A DNA stretch of 35,276 nucleotides from a virus, in the IMG/VR virus record IMGVR_UViG_3300021963_000012, positions 1 through 35,276 of that record, one strand, 5' to 3'. A program made the translations under genes and the position numbers. Positions within the stretch are counted from its first letter, which is position 1, and every line of letters begins with the position of its first letter. Below the pieces are notes generated by a model. The model searched no databases. It was not told where the DNA came from and saw only the letters and a list, made by a program, of their open reading frames with translations. This document shows positions 19,631 to 29,219 of this stretch, piece by piece.

Positions 19631-22257
19631 GAAAATGTAACTGTTTCAGAAGTTGTTGATGTAGCAGTCACGGTATAAATCTTAAATCCACCAGAAGTTG
19701 ATAGCGAGGATGTGACACCGGCTGAGAAGGTAGCAGTATAACCGTCAGGAATCTTAATAATAACTATTCCTGACCCTCCAGCGCCACCAGAGCCGCTGTA
19801 ATCAGTACCACCGCCACCACCACCACCCGTGTTAGCGGTTCCTGCTGTAGCCGGAATAGCAGATGGCGCACCGCCTGTAATCCTTCCTCCGGTTCCACCA
19901 CCACCAGAACCTGCCGCCCCACTTGTCGTGGTTCCCCAACCGCCACCACCACCACCTCTAGTTACAGACGAACCAGTAATGGATGAGGCTGTTCCAGCGC
20001 CACCGTTGCCGCCTGTGGAGTTTGAAGCGTTGCCCCCAACGCCACCAGCGCCACCACCGCCGCCACCAGCAGAAACTTGACCACCACTATTTCCTCGACC
20101 AGTTCCTCCATTGTTTCCTTGAGAAGGACTTGTAGAAGGAGTGTTACCAGAGCCGCCACCTCCGGGTGACCACGGAGCCGCACCATTTCCACCAGCCTCT
20201 CCACCCCCTGAGCCGCCGTTTTTGCCTTTGGTTTCGTAACTAGCACCACCGCCACCGCCTGTTGACGTGATAGTAGAGAAAACAGAATTTGAACCATTGC
20301 CTCCGGCACTATATGGCCCAGCAGTTCCACCGCCGCCTACGGTTACCGTGTAAGCAGTTCCTAAAATAACCGATGTAGTTGAAGATGTGCGATAACCGCC
20401 AGCGCCACCTCCACCACCGTGGTCTGCGCCACCACCACCGCCGCCTGCAATAACCAACAGGTCAGTAACAGTAAACGCTCTTGCAAACGTCACAGTCTCA
20501 CTTGTCGTGCTAGTCGCAGTCACAGAGTAGATGTTGAATCCACCAGAAGTAGACAGAGATGAAGTTACGCCACCAGAGAATGTCGCAGTTACGTTGTCAG
20601 GTACTTTGATAATGACAATGCCAGAGCCGCCGTTACCGCCAGTTTGGGTTGTTTCGTGCGAACCGCCGCCACCACCACCACCTGTGTTGGATGTGCCGTT
20701 AGAACCGGACGCATCAATGTTTGCGCCATTACCACCGCCGCCTGACCCACCCGTGCCACCTGTTTGAGCGCCACCAGTACCGTTATTCCATGCGCCACCA
20801 CCACCGCCGCCTGCTCTGGTAACACTAGAGCCTGTGATTGATGAGGCCGTACCTGCGCCACCGTTACCACCACCGGAAGCATCGTTAGCACTTTGACCTA
20901 CAGCGCCAGCGCCGCCGCCGCCGCCACCACCACGGCCAACCGCAGTTCCATTACCACCAGAGCCGCCGTTGTTACCTTGGCTTGGTGATGTGCTTGGCGT
21001 GTTTCCTGAACCACCAGCGCCACCTGTAACTGATGAACCAGAGCCACCGCCACCAGAGCCACCGCTTAATCCAGCAACAGCTTCGCTACTTGCACCGCCA
21101 CCACCACCAGCAGATGTGATTGTGTTAAAAACAGAGTTTGAGCCAGTAGAGCCGTTTGTTGTGCCGTTGCTTGTAGATGTTCCGCTACCACCAGCACCAA
21201 CCGTAACCGTATATGCAACACCAAACGTAACGGATTGAGTTGTGCTTGAACGATAACCACCCGCACCGCCTCCTCCGCCACCTGCTGCGCCAGCGCCACC
21301 CGAACCACCACCAGCAATCACTAGCACCTCAGTAATTGGCGCGCCAGCAAAGAACGTCACAGTCTCGCTTGTAGTCGAAGTCGCCGTGACGGAATAGATG
21401 TTGTAGCCAGCAACCGCAGTAGATAAAGTTGAAGTTACACCAGATGAGAATGAGGCATAGTGCGTAGATGGAATTTTGATGATAACGACACCGGAGCCGC
21501 CTGCGCCGCCACTTGCTAAACTGTTTCCACCAGAGCCGCCTGCGCCGCCGCCAGTATTTGCTGAACCATTTGAACCGTTGGCGTTTGTTGCTCCATTGCC
21601 ACCACCGCCTGAACCGCCTGTTCCCGCAGTTCCAAAAGCGCCGCCACCTCCACCGCCAGCACGGGTTACAGATGAGCCTGTTATAGATGAAGCCGTACCA
21701 GCACCGCCGTTGCCACCGATAGATGAACCGCTACCAGCGCCACTTGCGCCACCTTGTCCAGCAGTTCCTACCGCAGTTGCGCCACCGCCGCCGCCTCCGG
21801 AATACCAATACTCATCTTTTCCAGCGCCGCCATTACTACCCTGTGATGGAGATGTTGATGGGGTGTTGCCAGAACCACCTGCTTTGTTTCCAGTACCACC
21901 TCCACCGCCGCCTCCACCACCAGAACCACCATTATTTCCGGTAGTTGCAAATCCACCAGAACCACCGCCACCACCGCCTGTTGAAGTGGTTGAGCCAAGT
22001 ACAGAATTTGAACCAGCGCCACCAAATCCACTTGTTGTTCCGCTGTTCGGGCCAGCAGTTCCACCAGCACCAACCGTAACCGTATAAGCAGTACCAACGG
22101 CTAGACTTTGAGAAGTAAGTTCACGATAACCGCCTGCTCCACCCCCGCCACCAGCGTAATTACCCCCACCTCCAGCACCACCTGCTACAACAAGGTAGTC
22201 AGCAAGGATAGTCGGCGCACCCTGCCCAGCAAGAAGAATCTGAAAGATGCCCGTCAT
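19627..22257 (-). CDS. Glycine-rich triple-module virion protein (fibre or spike candidate)
   Basis: 876 aa built from three modules of about 290 aa (aa ~11-302, 303-591, 592-876). Each carries GGYR, YTVTVG(A/G)GG, SGNTPSTSPSQG.NGG, GGNGGAGTASSITGSSVTR.GGGGG and GGSG(I/V)VIIK(I/V)P, and ends in Y(S/T)VTATSTTSETVTF. Confidence 0.7.
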   Translation of the reverse strand: MTGIFQILLAGQGAPTILADYLVVAGGAGGGGNYAGGGGGAGGYRELTSQSLAVGTAYTVTVGAGGTAGPNSGTTSGFGGAGSNSVLGSTTSTGGGGGGSGGFATTGNNGGSGGGGGGGGGTGNKAGGSGNTPSTSPSQGSNGGAGKDEYWYSGGGGGGATAVGTAGQGGASGAGSGSSIGGNGGAGTASSITGSSVTRAGGGGGGAFGTAGTGGSGGGGNGATNANGSNGSANTGGGAGGSGGNSLASGGAGGSGVVIIKIPSTHYASFSSGVTSTLSTAVAGYNIYSVTATSTTSETVTFFAGAPITEVLVIAGGGSGGAGAAGGGGGGAGGYRSSTTQSVTFGVAYTVTVGAGGSGTSTSNGTTNGSTGSNSVFNTITSAGGGGGASSEAVAGLSGGSGGGGSGSSVTGGAGGSGNTPSTSPSQGNNGGSGGNGTAVGRGGGGGGGAGAVGQSANDASGGGNGGAGTASSITGSSVTRAGGGGGGAWNNGTGGAQTGGTGGSGGGGNGANIDASGSNGTSNTGGGGGGGSHETTQTGGNGGSGIVIIKVPDNVTATFSGGVTSSLSTSGGFNIYSVTATSTTSETVTFARAFTVTDLLVIAGGGGGGADHGGGGGAGGYRTSSTTSVILGTAYTVTVGGGGTAGPYSAGGNGSNSVFSTITSTGGGGGASYETKGKNGGSGGGEAGGNGAAPWSPGGGGSGNTPSTSPSQGNNGGTGRGNSGGQVSAGGGGGGAGGVGGNASNSTGGNGGAGTASSITGSSVTRGGGGGGWGTTTSGAAGSGGGGTGGRITGGAPSAIPATAGTANTGGGGGGGTDYSGSGGAGGSGIVIIKIPDGYTATFSAGVTSSLSTSGGFKIYTVTATSTTSETVTFS

Positions 22258-23148
22258 TTATGACACGTTCCCTGTGATAACGCAGACGGTACTAGAGATA
22301 AATAGGATTGTGCAGACACCTCTAGTCGCAAGGGTAACGCTTGCCTTATCCGAATCTGTACCCGCAATATAGGCGGTTGTGATTGTGCAAGTAATGGTAA
22401 TCCCCGCAGAGGTGTTGTTAAAGATAGATATTACATCACCTTCGGCAAAAGTGGCATCAGGAATCGTTATAGACCCGCCAGAGCCTACTTGGACATACTC
22501 GCCCACGTCAGTCGTGGCAAGCGTATAAGAACCTGTCTTGGTTCCCACGGCAGGGATGTTCCTGTACCCCAAGGTCGAGGTGTCAGGGGGGAGGGTATAG
22601 GTATTCGTAGAAGCTGCGGCAGGGGCGTTTAGGGTAGCCGCACCGCTAGAAGAACCCGCTAGTTTCAGGCTTCCAGAGTTAAATGTGCTTGTCCCAGAGA
22701 ACGTGTTTGTACCGCTAGAGTTGATACCGCCAGAGATGATGGCAGAGCCGGAGATGGTATTCGTGCCGGAGAAGATGTTGCCACCAGAAAAGGTGTTAGT
22801 AGTCCCTGACGAGTTTATATTCCCAGAGATAATCGCCGACCCTGAAATCGTGTTCGTGCCGGACAGGATATTCCCGCCAGAGAATGTATTGGTCGTGCCA
22901 GAGGAGTTGATGTTGCCCGAGATAACAGCCGCCCCAGAGATGGTGTTCGTCCCACTCATCAGGGTTCCACCGGCAAAGGTAAACGCGTCCCCAGAAGCCC
23001 CTGTCTGGAACTCCTTTAGGTGAACCATAAGCTCACGGATGGCGTTGTTGATGCTACTTGGGGGACACCCCTCATCGATGTTAATACCTTCTATGTCGGT
23101 ATTTGACGAGTTTGTCGTTGAGTATTCTGAAATCTTGGTCTTGGGCAT
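22258..23148 (-). CDS. Tail fibre protein
   Basis: The N-terminal anchor motif TKISEYSTTNSSNTDIEGINIDEGCPPSSINNAIRELMVHLKEF is conserved. It is followed by three repeats of about 31 aa (GGN(I/L)xSGTNTISGSAIISGNINSSGTTNTFS). Confidence 0.7.
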   Translation of the reverse strand: MPKTKISEYSTTNSSNTDIEGINIDEGCPPSSINNAIRELMVHLKEFQTGASGDAFTFAGGTLMSGTNTISGAAVISGNINSSGTTNTFSGGNILSGTNTISGSAIISGNINSSGTTNTFSGGNIFSGTNTISGSAIISGGINSSGTNTFSGTSTFNSGSLKLAGSSSGAATLNAPAAASTNTYTLPPDTSTLGYRNIPAVGTKTGSYTLATTDVGEYVQVGSGGSITIPDATFAEGDVISIFNNTSAGITITCTITTAYIAGTDSDKASVTLATRGVCTILFISSTVCVITGNVS

Positions 23149-23151
23149 TTC

Positions 23152-25149
23152 TTAATCTCCTAAAAGTCCGGCTGCTGTTCCACCACCTAAACCACCTACT
23201 GCGCCTGTGGCGGCGGCTTGTTTACGCAATAAATCATCTAATAGTTGGAGCCGTGAAAGTGCTTCAATTTGTTTCCCAGCGTCCGTTGAAAACAATGTTG
23301 GCGCAAGGGCTTCTGCCGTTGGTTGTCCTGGCCCGGTCATAGTTCTTAGGGCGTATTGGCGAAGCCCGCCAAGCCCCTGTTGGGCAACCATTGGTATCAG
23401 TTCTTCTGAGCCTTCAAACTCTCGTTGGGCAAGTGTTCGCGGGTGGGTTTGTGAACCACCCGCCAACTTTACGTCCGTCTGGCGAATGATTTTTTCGCGA
23501 GCAAGTTGACCAGATAAATCGTTAAATGTGTCCTTGCCAAGGAATACTGCTAGTTGGTCGCGCTTCTCTGGCGAACCCCAAACCTTACGCAACACATCTG
23601 CGCCATCTGCGCCTTTGTTGATGTTGGTTCGTATAGAGTCATAAACGCCAATCTTAAACCCTTCTTTTTCGGCATCTGACAGTCCACTAAATATCCGTTG
23701 CAATTGCCTAGCGTCCATCGTTGCAAATTTCTTACCGTCTTCAATGGCATCCAAAACCTCTGTTGCACCGGCGTACACGCCTCTGGCTTGCTTATAGGAG
23801 GCTGGGCCAACTTCGTCAACGATGTCCACAAACTCCTTGCGGCGTTCTTTTAGCTTTCCAAGTTCTGCCTTGCCAATCCCGCTTCCAGGCTGTTTGCCTG
23901 TAAATAGAACATCGTCTAACCCACGCTTAATGTAATCTAGAGTTTGCAAGTCAAACCCGCCAACCTTCTCAATGTCCGAGGCTTTTTCAGGCAAAGGAAT
24001 ACGGTCTAATGCGGCAATTCGACGGGCGCGGGCATAGGCATCCTGAAACTGCGGAATGTCCATTAGTTCTGTAATTCGCTCATCCCGAATCACCCCACCC
24101 TCGGCATAGGCTTTTTGGTACAAAGGTTTTGCCAACTGGTCACGGCTTTTAATAAGGCTATCTGCTAAGTCCATTGCATCTGCGTTGACTTGGAAAGCCT
24201 GACGGAAGTCTTGGGTAATCCGTTGTCCAGCACCGGCCATACGTTCTTCGGTCAACTCTCTAGCAACCTGAGAAGCACCAGGATATTGCGCCACAACATC
24301 TGCTAGGCGGCGTGTATTTTCACCGCCTAACTCAATGATTGTTTCTGGCTTGTAGTTTGACTGCTTGATTTGGCGTAGCCGGTCTATTGCGTCGGCAGGA
24401 GACACCCCGTCCCTTTGCAAGGCTTGTAGCAATTTCTGGTCGGCACGAGTGGCAAAGTCTCCACCCAACCCAACGGCTCTTTTGCCCGCTTCTAGGGCTT
24501 GTTGAATTCCGGGTACACGAGAGGCTACCTTTGCGGCAGTAGTCCCACCAAGGCCAAATGCAGCCCCTATGGGGGCGGCTTCTAGCGCACCTGTCATACG
24601 AAAGTCAGGCATGGCTTGTCCCGCGCCAGTTATTCCAGCCGAACCTGCGCCAATTGCGGTTGCTCCACCCAACGCTGTAGTTGTACGTCCTGCTGGGGTT
24701 GATACGGCTTGAGCAACTCGCGGAGCCACCGTAGCCAATCGTTCTGCACCACGCACCGCACCCAAACCACCTAACGCCATGTACGGCAACGAACCGGCAA
24801 TCTCCATCCCAATTGCGGTTCCAGGAGACTCTTGCTCAAACTCTTGTTTAGCGAGATTGATGGCGTTTAGGTTCTGCTCGTATGTACCTTTGCCAAGCAA
24901 AGATTTTATGCCAGCCTCTGCCTCGTCAGAAAAGCCAAATGTCAACCCTTGTAACGCAGATTTTACTGGGCCAAAGTCAGCAATTACACCCTGAGATTGA
25001 TTGTACTTACCAACGGTTTCCGCAAATGTCTTTGGGGTAAAACCTTCGCTTTTAAGATAAACGGTAGTTTCTTTCGCCGTAGCCCCACCGTTAATGAGGC
25101 GTTCCATATTTCTAAGGGTACGCTCAATGCGTTCGGTGCTTTTGGCCAT
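23152..25149 (-). CDS. Internal virion / ejection protein (large)
   Basis: 665 aa, A/G/Q-rich, with a C-terminal Gly-rich hydrophobic tail (AAATGAVGGLGGGTAAGLLGD). It lies in the block between hub and fibres. Confidence 0.5.
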   Translation of the reverse strand: MAKSTERIERTLRNMERLINGGATAKETTVYLKSEGFTPKTFAETVGKYNQSQGVIADFGPVKSALQGLTFGFSDEAEAGIKSLLGKGTYEQNLNAINLAKQEFEQESPGTAIGMEIAGSLPYMALGGLGAVRGAERLATVAPRVAQAVSTPAGRTTTALGGATAIGAGSAGITGAGQAMPDFRMTGALEAAPIGAAFGLGGTTAAKVASRVPGIQQALEAGKRAVGLGGDFATRADQKLLQALQRDGVSPADAIDRLRQIKQSNYKPETIIELGGENTRRLADVVAQYPGASQVARELTEERMAGAGQRITQDFRQAFQVNADAMDLADSLIKSRDQLAKPLYQKAYAEGGVIRDERITELMDIPQFQDAYARARRIAALDRIPLPEKASDIEKVGGFDLQTLDYIKRGLDDVLFTGKQPGSGIGKAELGKLKERRKEFVDIVDEVGPASYKQARGVYAGATEVLDAIEDGKKFATMDARQLQRIFSGLSDAEKEGFKIGVYDSIRTNINKGADGADVLRKVWGSPEKRDQLAVFLGKDTFNDLSGQLAREKIIRQTDVKLAGGSQTHPRTLAQREFEGSEELIPMVAQQGLGGLRQYALRTMTGPGQPTAEALAPTLFSTDAGKQIEALSRLQLLDDLLRKQAAATGAVGGLGGGTAAGLLGD

Positions 25150-26360
25150 TATTTTTTGCCTTCTAAATTATATTTTCCACGCACCCCAGATGCGGTTGGT
25201 GCAGTTCCTTGGATTGGTGGCACATAGGCCGTACCAGCCTGCGACCTTGCCAACCGAACAATATTTGCAAACCTGTCGTTCTTTTCCGCAATAACTTCTG
25301 GCGTATCTCCAATTTGCGGGAAATAGGCTTTTGCGTAACCACGCAACTGTTCTTTTGTGTAAGCCGCGCCGGTTCCCAATGTGAGAGCCGCATCAAGAGC
25401 ATCTAATTGTGCTGCTTCTGCCCGAAGTCGGTCTGATGATGATATTTTTCCGGCAATCATTTCTGAGCCTGGAATGTACGACAATAAACCGCTTTGTAAC
25501 AATGACGGAGTAACTTCTGGTGAAAGTGCTTTTGGATTTTCTTCGCCAATTTTTTCTAAATCTGTAAGTGACTTTTCTAAACGACCAGCAAGAGTAGCCG
25601 TTTTCTTTTCACCTTCTGTTGGCTTTGCAGCTTGTTCACGAGTAATTCTTCTTTCTTCTCTTGCTTCTTCTCTAGCAATTCTTCTGTCAGTTGCGGATTC
25701 AACTCGTGCAACATACGAATCTTCCATTTTCCCCAAAGACTCAATGCGCTTATAAGCAGTCTCATCGTCAAGCCCGCCAGATTTAAGTGCCTTATCATAT
25801 GTCTCGGCCAACTTACGAACCTCTGGGCTTTGTGCGGCCAGATATGGCGCAAACGGGCTAGGTGCTTCTTGTGCGCCTGGTGTTAAACCGGCTTGCCGAA
25901 CTAACTTCTGAGTTTCTGCCAACCCTCTTACGGCTTCTGCACCACCCGGAAGCATCATTAAAGCCTGTAATCTTGCTGGGTCAATTTTTACACCAGTAAC
26001 AGCCCCAGGAATCGTTGTCTCGCCCTCTACATCGTAAATAGTTTGTGATGGGGCGCGGGTAGTCTGAAATACTTGTGGCAACAAAGTGCGTAACTGTTGG
26101 GCTTCTCTTTGTTTTGTAATCAGGTCTTTTACCTGCAAACCAGTAAGCGCTTCTTTAAGTTGCTTGTCAAACGATGACTCATAAGCGCCTAAGCCTGTCA
26201 GACCAATCTGCCCTAGACCCTGCAAGTTTCCTACGGGACGCGCCTGTGGGCCAGATAAAGCCGCAGCTTGTGCAATTGCACCAAGCAGTCCTTTGGTGAA
26301 GGCTTTCTCTTTTGCGCTCTCTGGGTTAATCCCAAGGAGTCCAAACAGTTCTTCGTTCAT
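25149..26360 (-). CDS. Internal virion / ejection protein
   Basis: 403 aa with low-complexity A/E/K/Q-rich sequence. Called from position in the ejection-protein block. Confidence 0.45.
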   Translation of the reverse strand: MNEELFGLLGINPESAKEKAFTKGLLGAIAQAAALSGPQARPVGNLQGLGQIGLTGLGAYESSFDKQLKEALTGLQVKDLITKQREAQQLRTLLPQVFQTTRAPSQTIYDVEGETTIPGAVTGVKIDPARLQALMMLPGGAEAVRGLAETQKLVRQAGLTPGAQEAPSPFAPYLAAQSPEVRKLAETYDKALKSGGLDDETAYKRIESLGKMEDSYVARVESATDRRIAREEAREERRITREQAAKPTEGEKKTATLAGRLEKSLTDLEKIGEENPKALSPEVTPSLLQSGLLSYIPGSEMIAGKISSSDRLRAEAAQLDALDAALTLGTGAAYTKEQLRGYAKAYFPQIGDTPEVIAEKNDRFANIVRLARSQAGTAYVPPIQGTAPTASGVRGKYNLEGKK

Positions 26361-26363
26361 AAG

Positions 26364-27098
26364 TTACCCCAACAAAGTTGTGATGTCTGCCCGACGAGGT
26401 CTTTGGGCAAGCAGGTTTAAGTATTGAGAGTAGTCAACCGAACCCTGTGGCATCTGGTTGCGACCAAGCATATTTGGTATCTGTGGTTCTTCCTGACCAA
26501 GCATTTTTCTAATTGTGTTTCCGGCGCGCAAAGCATCAAGTGCTTGTTTTACTCCAATCCCGCCTTGTTGCGCCCCAATAACGTCTGTTCCGAGAACTGC
26601 TGGATTGTTGATAAACGAACCTGCCGAGCCAAGAACAGGAACGGCTCCTGCGGCAGTCACACCGCCAGCAGACAATAACCCACCGCCAGCGGCTTCTGTA
26701 ACTAATCCTGTCCCGCCGCCCATTGAGGCAATCCCAGGCACTCCTGCGCCAGTAGCAGTAAGCCCAGTACCACCTGCTGTTTGACCGGCTCCAACTAAAC
26801 CTTCCATTCCTAATACGCTATCAATAGTTCCTAATCCTGCTCCTGATAACCCCGCACCACCGGCGGCTGCCGTTTCTGCGGCAGTGGCTGCTCCGACTGC
26901 TTCTGCGGTTCCTGCGGTTGCTCCGGCTGTACCAGCACCTGCGGCTCCAGCGTTGGCTAAGTAAGTACCACCAGCAATTGCGCCAACCGTATACCAACCG
27001 CCAGGTATTTCTTCGTTTACGAAGTCGTCAACATCGCGCCCAACCTCTTTAACTGGGTCGATAATTTCGTCTTGAATAAAGTCGCCTACGCCACCCAT
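26364..27098 (-). CDS. Gly/Ala-rich internal virion protein
   Basis: 244 aa with a long GA(T)-rich hydrophobic stretch (IAGGTYLANAGAAGAGTAGATAGTAEAVGAATAAETAAAGGAGLSGAGLG). Confidence 0.45.
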   Translation of the reverse strand: MGGVGDFIQDEIIDPVKEVGRDVDDFVNEEIPGGWYTVGAIAGGTYLANAGAAGAGTAGATAGTAEAVGAATAAETAAAGGAGLSGAGLGTIDSVLGMEGLVGAGQTAGGTGLTATGAGVPGIASMGGGTGLVTEAAGGGLLSAGGVTAAGAVPVLGSAGSFINNPAVLGTDVIGAQQGGIGVKQALDALRAGNTIRKMLGQEEPQIPNMLGRNQMPQGSVDYSQYLNLLAQRPRRADITTLLG

Positions 27099-27488
27099 TT
27101 ATATCTCCATTCTCCAGACGTTAGGTTGGAACCCGTACTTTTTAGCCACCTTGTTCCATCCTTTTCTGTCTGTTTGAAAACTGATGTGTTTGCAATTCGT
27201 TGCCTTGGCGTAGTTCACTAGGTGCTGTACGCCTTCGTCTAGGTTGCCTTCGGAATACACCGCCCAGACGAATATGCCGTTCTCGTGCGGTTTTCCTACA
27301 AAAAATCCATGCAAATCCTCGTTCACCATCCCCATCACGCAGACCGCCTTCTTGTACAGAATGGCCGCGTAAACATCTTCGGGAATCCACCTTGCGGTTG
27401 GTGTCTTGCGGAGTACCTCTTTTAGCCCGTATTCAATCTCGAGCCAGTAATTTCTTAGTTCTTCGGGTTGGAGTACCCGTGGTGTCAT
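27099..27488 (-). CDS. Small alpha/beta protein, possibly GNAT-fold
   Basis: 129 aa with a C-terminal KHISFQTDRKGWNKVAKKYGF pattern, reminiscent of GNAT beta-strand/helix motifs. Weak assignment. Confidence 0.3.
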   Translation of the reverse strand: MTPRVLQPEELRNYWLEIEYGLKEVLRKTPTARWIPEDVYAAILYKKAVCVMGMVNEDLHGFFVGKPHENGIFVWAVYSEGNLDEGVQHLVNYAKATNCKHISFQTDRKGWNKVAKKYGFQPNVWRMEI

Positions 27489-28402
27489 CAGAACCCTAAC
27501 AACCCGCCAATGCCAGCACCTGCTAGTCCGTACCCGCTTGGACTTGTGAGACTAAACGGCGTGTTTCCAAGGAAAGAACCAAGTGCCTGTCCACCGACAT
27601 AGCCTAGTCCTGTTCCTGCTAGTCCACTCATAAGCCGGTTCTCTGGTAGCTGCGTGGTCTGCTGCCCGTAACTTGCAAGCGGTGTACCGTAGACAGAGGA
27701 TAGGTAGGACATAAGGGACTGAATCGGCTGTTGTTGCCCGAACTGGAACCTAGCCATCTGCTCTTGCAGGGGTTGGGCGGCGATTGCTTCCCGCGCTGCA
27801 CCAACCTGTGCAAGCGTTTGGCTTGGCAGGAACTGCTGTTGGTAGAAGGCTGGGGCGGCTTGAGCTAAGGCTGCCTGACCCATCTGAGCCTGTTGTTGTA
27901 GTCCACGCTCACGAGCATAGTCCTGACCAACGATGTTGGCAGAAACGTCGCCTAAAGCCCTGCCATAGGCTTCCGTAGCCCCGCCAAGGGCACGCTCCAT
28001 TGCGCCTGACCCATAGCGTCCAGCCCGCGAATAAAGGCTTGCAACGCCCGGTAATACCTGTTCGCCAAACTGTTGTGTAAGTGGGCGGGTAGCGGCGGCA
28101 AGCATTGCCTGTTGGTAGGGGTTGCCCTGCAAGAACCCACCTGCGGCTGTCTGCCCAAGTTGCCCCAAGGAGGCTTGGTAGGCTTGCTGTGCCTGTTGGA
28201 GGGTTGGCTGTGCGGCGGTAGCCAGAGCCTCTTGTTGGGCTAGGGCTTGCTCTGTCTGAGCAGACGGGGCAACATAGGTTTGACCTGGGAAGAACGTGGG
28301 CTGTGGCCCTGTCAGGAATAGCTCTCTGGCGCGTTCTAATCCTGCGGTAAGAAACGGTCTTAGCGCGGGGTCAATCTGCGAGGTTGTGACTTGTTCTGCC
28401 AT
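27488..28402 (-). CDS. Q/A-rich internal virion protein with C-terminal Gly-rich membrane segment
   Basis: 304 aa, ending in GYGLAGAGIGGLLGF. Called from position and composition. Confidence 0.45.
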   Translation of the reverse strand: MAEQVTTSQIDPALRPFLTAGLERARELFLTGPQPTFFPGQTYVAPSAQTEQALAQQEALATAAQPTLQQAQQAYQASLGQLGQTAAGGFLQGNPYQQAMLAAATRPLTQQFGEQVLPGVASLYSRAGRYGSGAMERALGGATEAYGRALGDVSANIVGQDYARERGLQQQAQMGQAALAQAAPAFYQQQFLPSQTLAQVGAAREAIAAQPLQEQMARFQFGQQQPIQSLMSYLSSVYGTPLASYGQQTTQLPENRLMSGLAGTGLGYVGGQALGSFLGNTPFSLTSPSGYGLAGAGIGGLLGF

Positions 28403-28421
28403 ATATCACCTATTATAAAGA

Positions 28422-29219
28422 TTATCCAACCAAAATGTAAGCATAAGTCTTGTTTGCCGTACTGTTGGCAAAGTGACTTATCGTTGCCTGTCCTTGCTGT
28501 TGGGCAGAGACGTAAATGTTTGAGTAGACCGACGGTGCAACATACGACACCACCAAAATAATTGACGGGGTTTCAGGTATTGCGGGAGTTACCCCAGCCG
28601 ACGCTGAAACAGCCGCAAAGTGTTCTATCGACACCCCTAAGTCCGTTGGATGCCACGCAAGCTGAAAGTAGTCGTTAGCGTTTAAGTCCAAGAAGAACGT
28701 ACTTGACGCAATCATGTGCGACGCGCTACCAGAAGACTTCCTAGCCTTGATACCAAACCTGCTATTGGAACCCGCTATATCCGTTCCGTTCTTTCTAAAC
28801 CAGACATCAAAGTCCTGAACGTCGTTGGTCGTGTTCTTTATCTGAACCGAGAACGCAACAGAATAAATTCCTTTGTTTCTGACATTTATTCGGTTTGTAT
28901 TGCTTAGATAAACACCGTTAGACAAGTCCTCGGTGTCAAATGACATAATGTAAGCATCCGACAGCGTTGTAGCCGCTTGGTCGGTATTGTCCTCAAACGC
29001 ACCGTAGGGCGCAGAGTCAGCCTCTGCCGCGTCCGAGAACGGAATCAGGATAATTTTTGTATCTACAGAAATCCGCTCGTCGTACAGGGTGGTGCTTGTG
29101 GCATTGCCCGTAGCAAGGGTAATAGTCCCCGTGTTATTGGACTTGCCGTTCATTAGGTTGTTGACCACCTCGGAAATCTGCCGTGGGTCGCCACCTTGGT
29201 ACGGTAGAACTCTAAACAT
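28422..29219 (-). CDS. Receptor-binding or fibre protein candidate with C1q/TNF-like jelly-roll C-terminal domain
   Basis: ATG 29219 shares one base with the hub stop. The N-terminus reads MFRVLPYQGGDPRQISEVVNNLMNGKSNNTG. The C-terminal half (GIYSVAFSVQIKNTTNDVQDFDVWFRKNGTDIAGSNSRF...FFLDLNANDYFQLAW) has a C1q-like strand pattern. Confidence 0.5.
   Translation of the reverse strand: MFRVLPYQGGDPRQISEVVNNLMNGKSNNTGTITLATGNATSTTLYDERISVDTKIILIPFSDAAEADSAPYGAFEDNTDQAATTLSDAYIMSFDTEDLSNGVYLSNTNRINVRNKGIYSVAFSVQIKNTTNDVQDFDVWFRKNGTDIAGSNSRFGIKARKSSGSASHMIASSTFFLDLNANDYFQLAWHPTDLGVSIEHFAAVSASAGVTPAIPETPSIILVVSYVAPSVYSNIYVSAQQQGQATISHFANSTANKTYAYILVG

Noticed and set aside
19829-22087. Long plus-strand Pro-rich ORFs (19829-20080, 20531-20767, 20969-21238, 21476-22087) and other nested ORFs inside 19627-22257.
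   Set aside because: They are the antisense or out-of-frame shadow of GGN-rich glycine codons (the complement reads as CCN, Pro). They have no SD or coupling, and they are interrupted where the Gly-rich frame is continuous.
19627-23148. Possible CRISPR-like or satellite repeat array, suggested by the repetitive DNA.
   Set aside because: The repeats are in-frame protein modules of about 290 aa and about 31 aa, with diverged codons. There is no short direct-repeat/spacer architecture.
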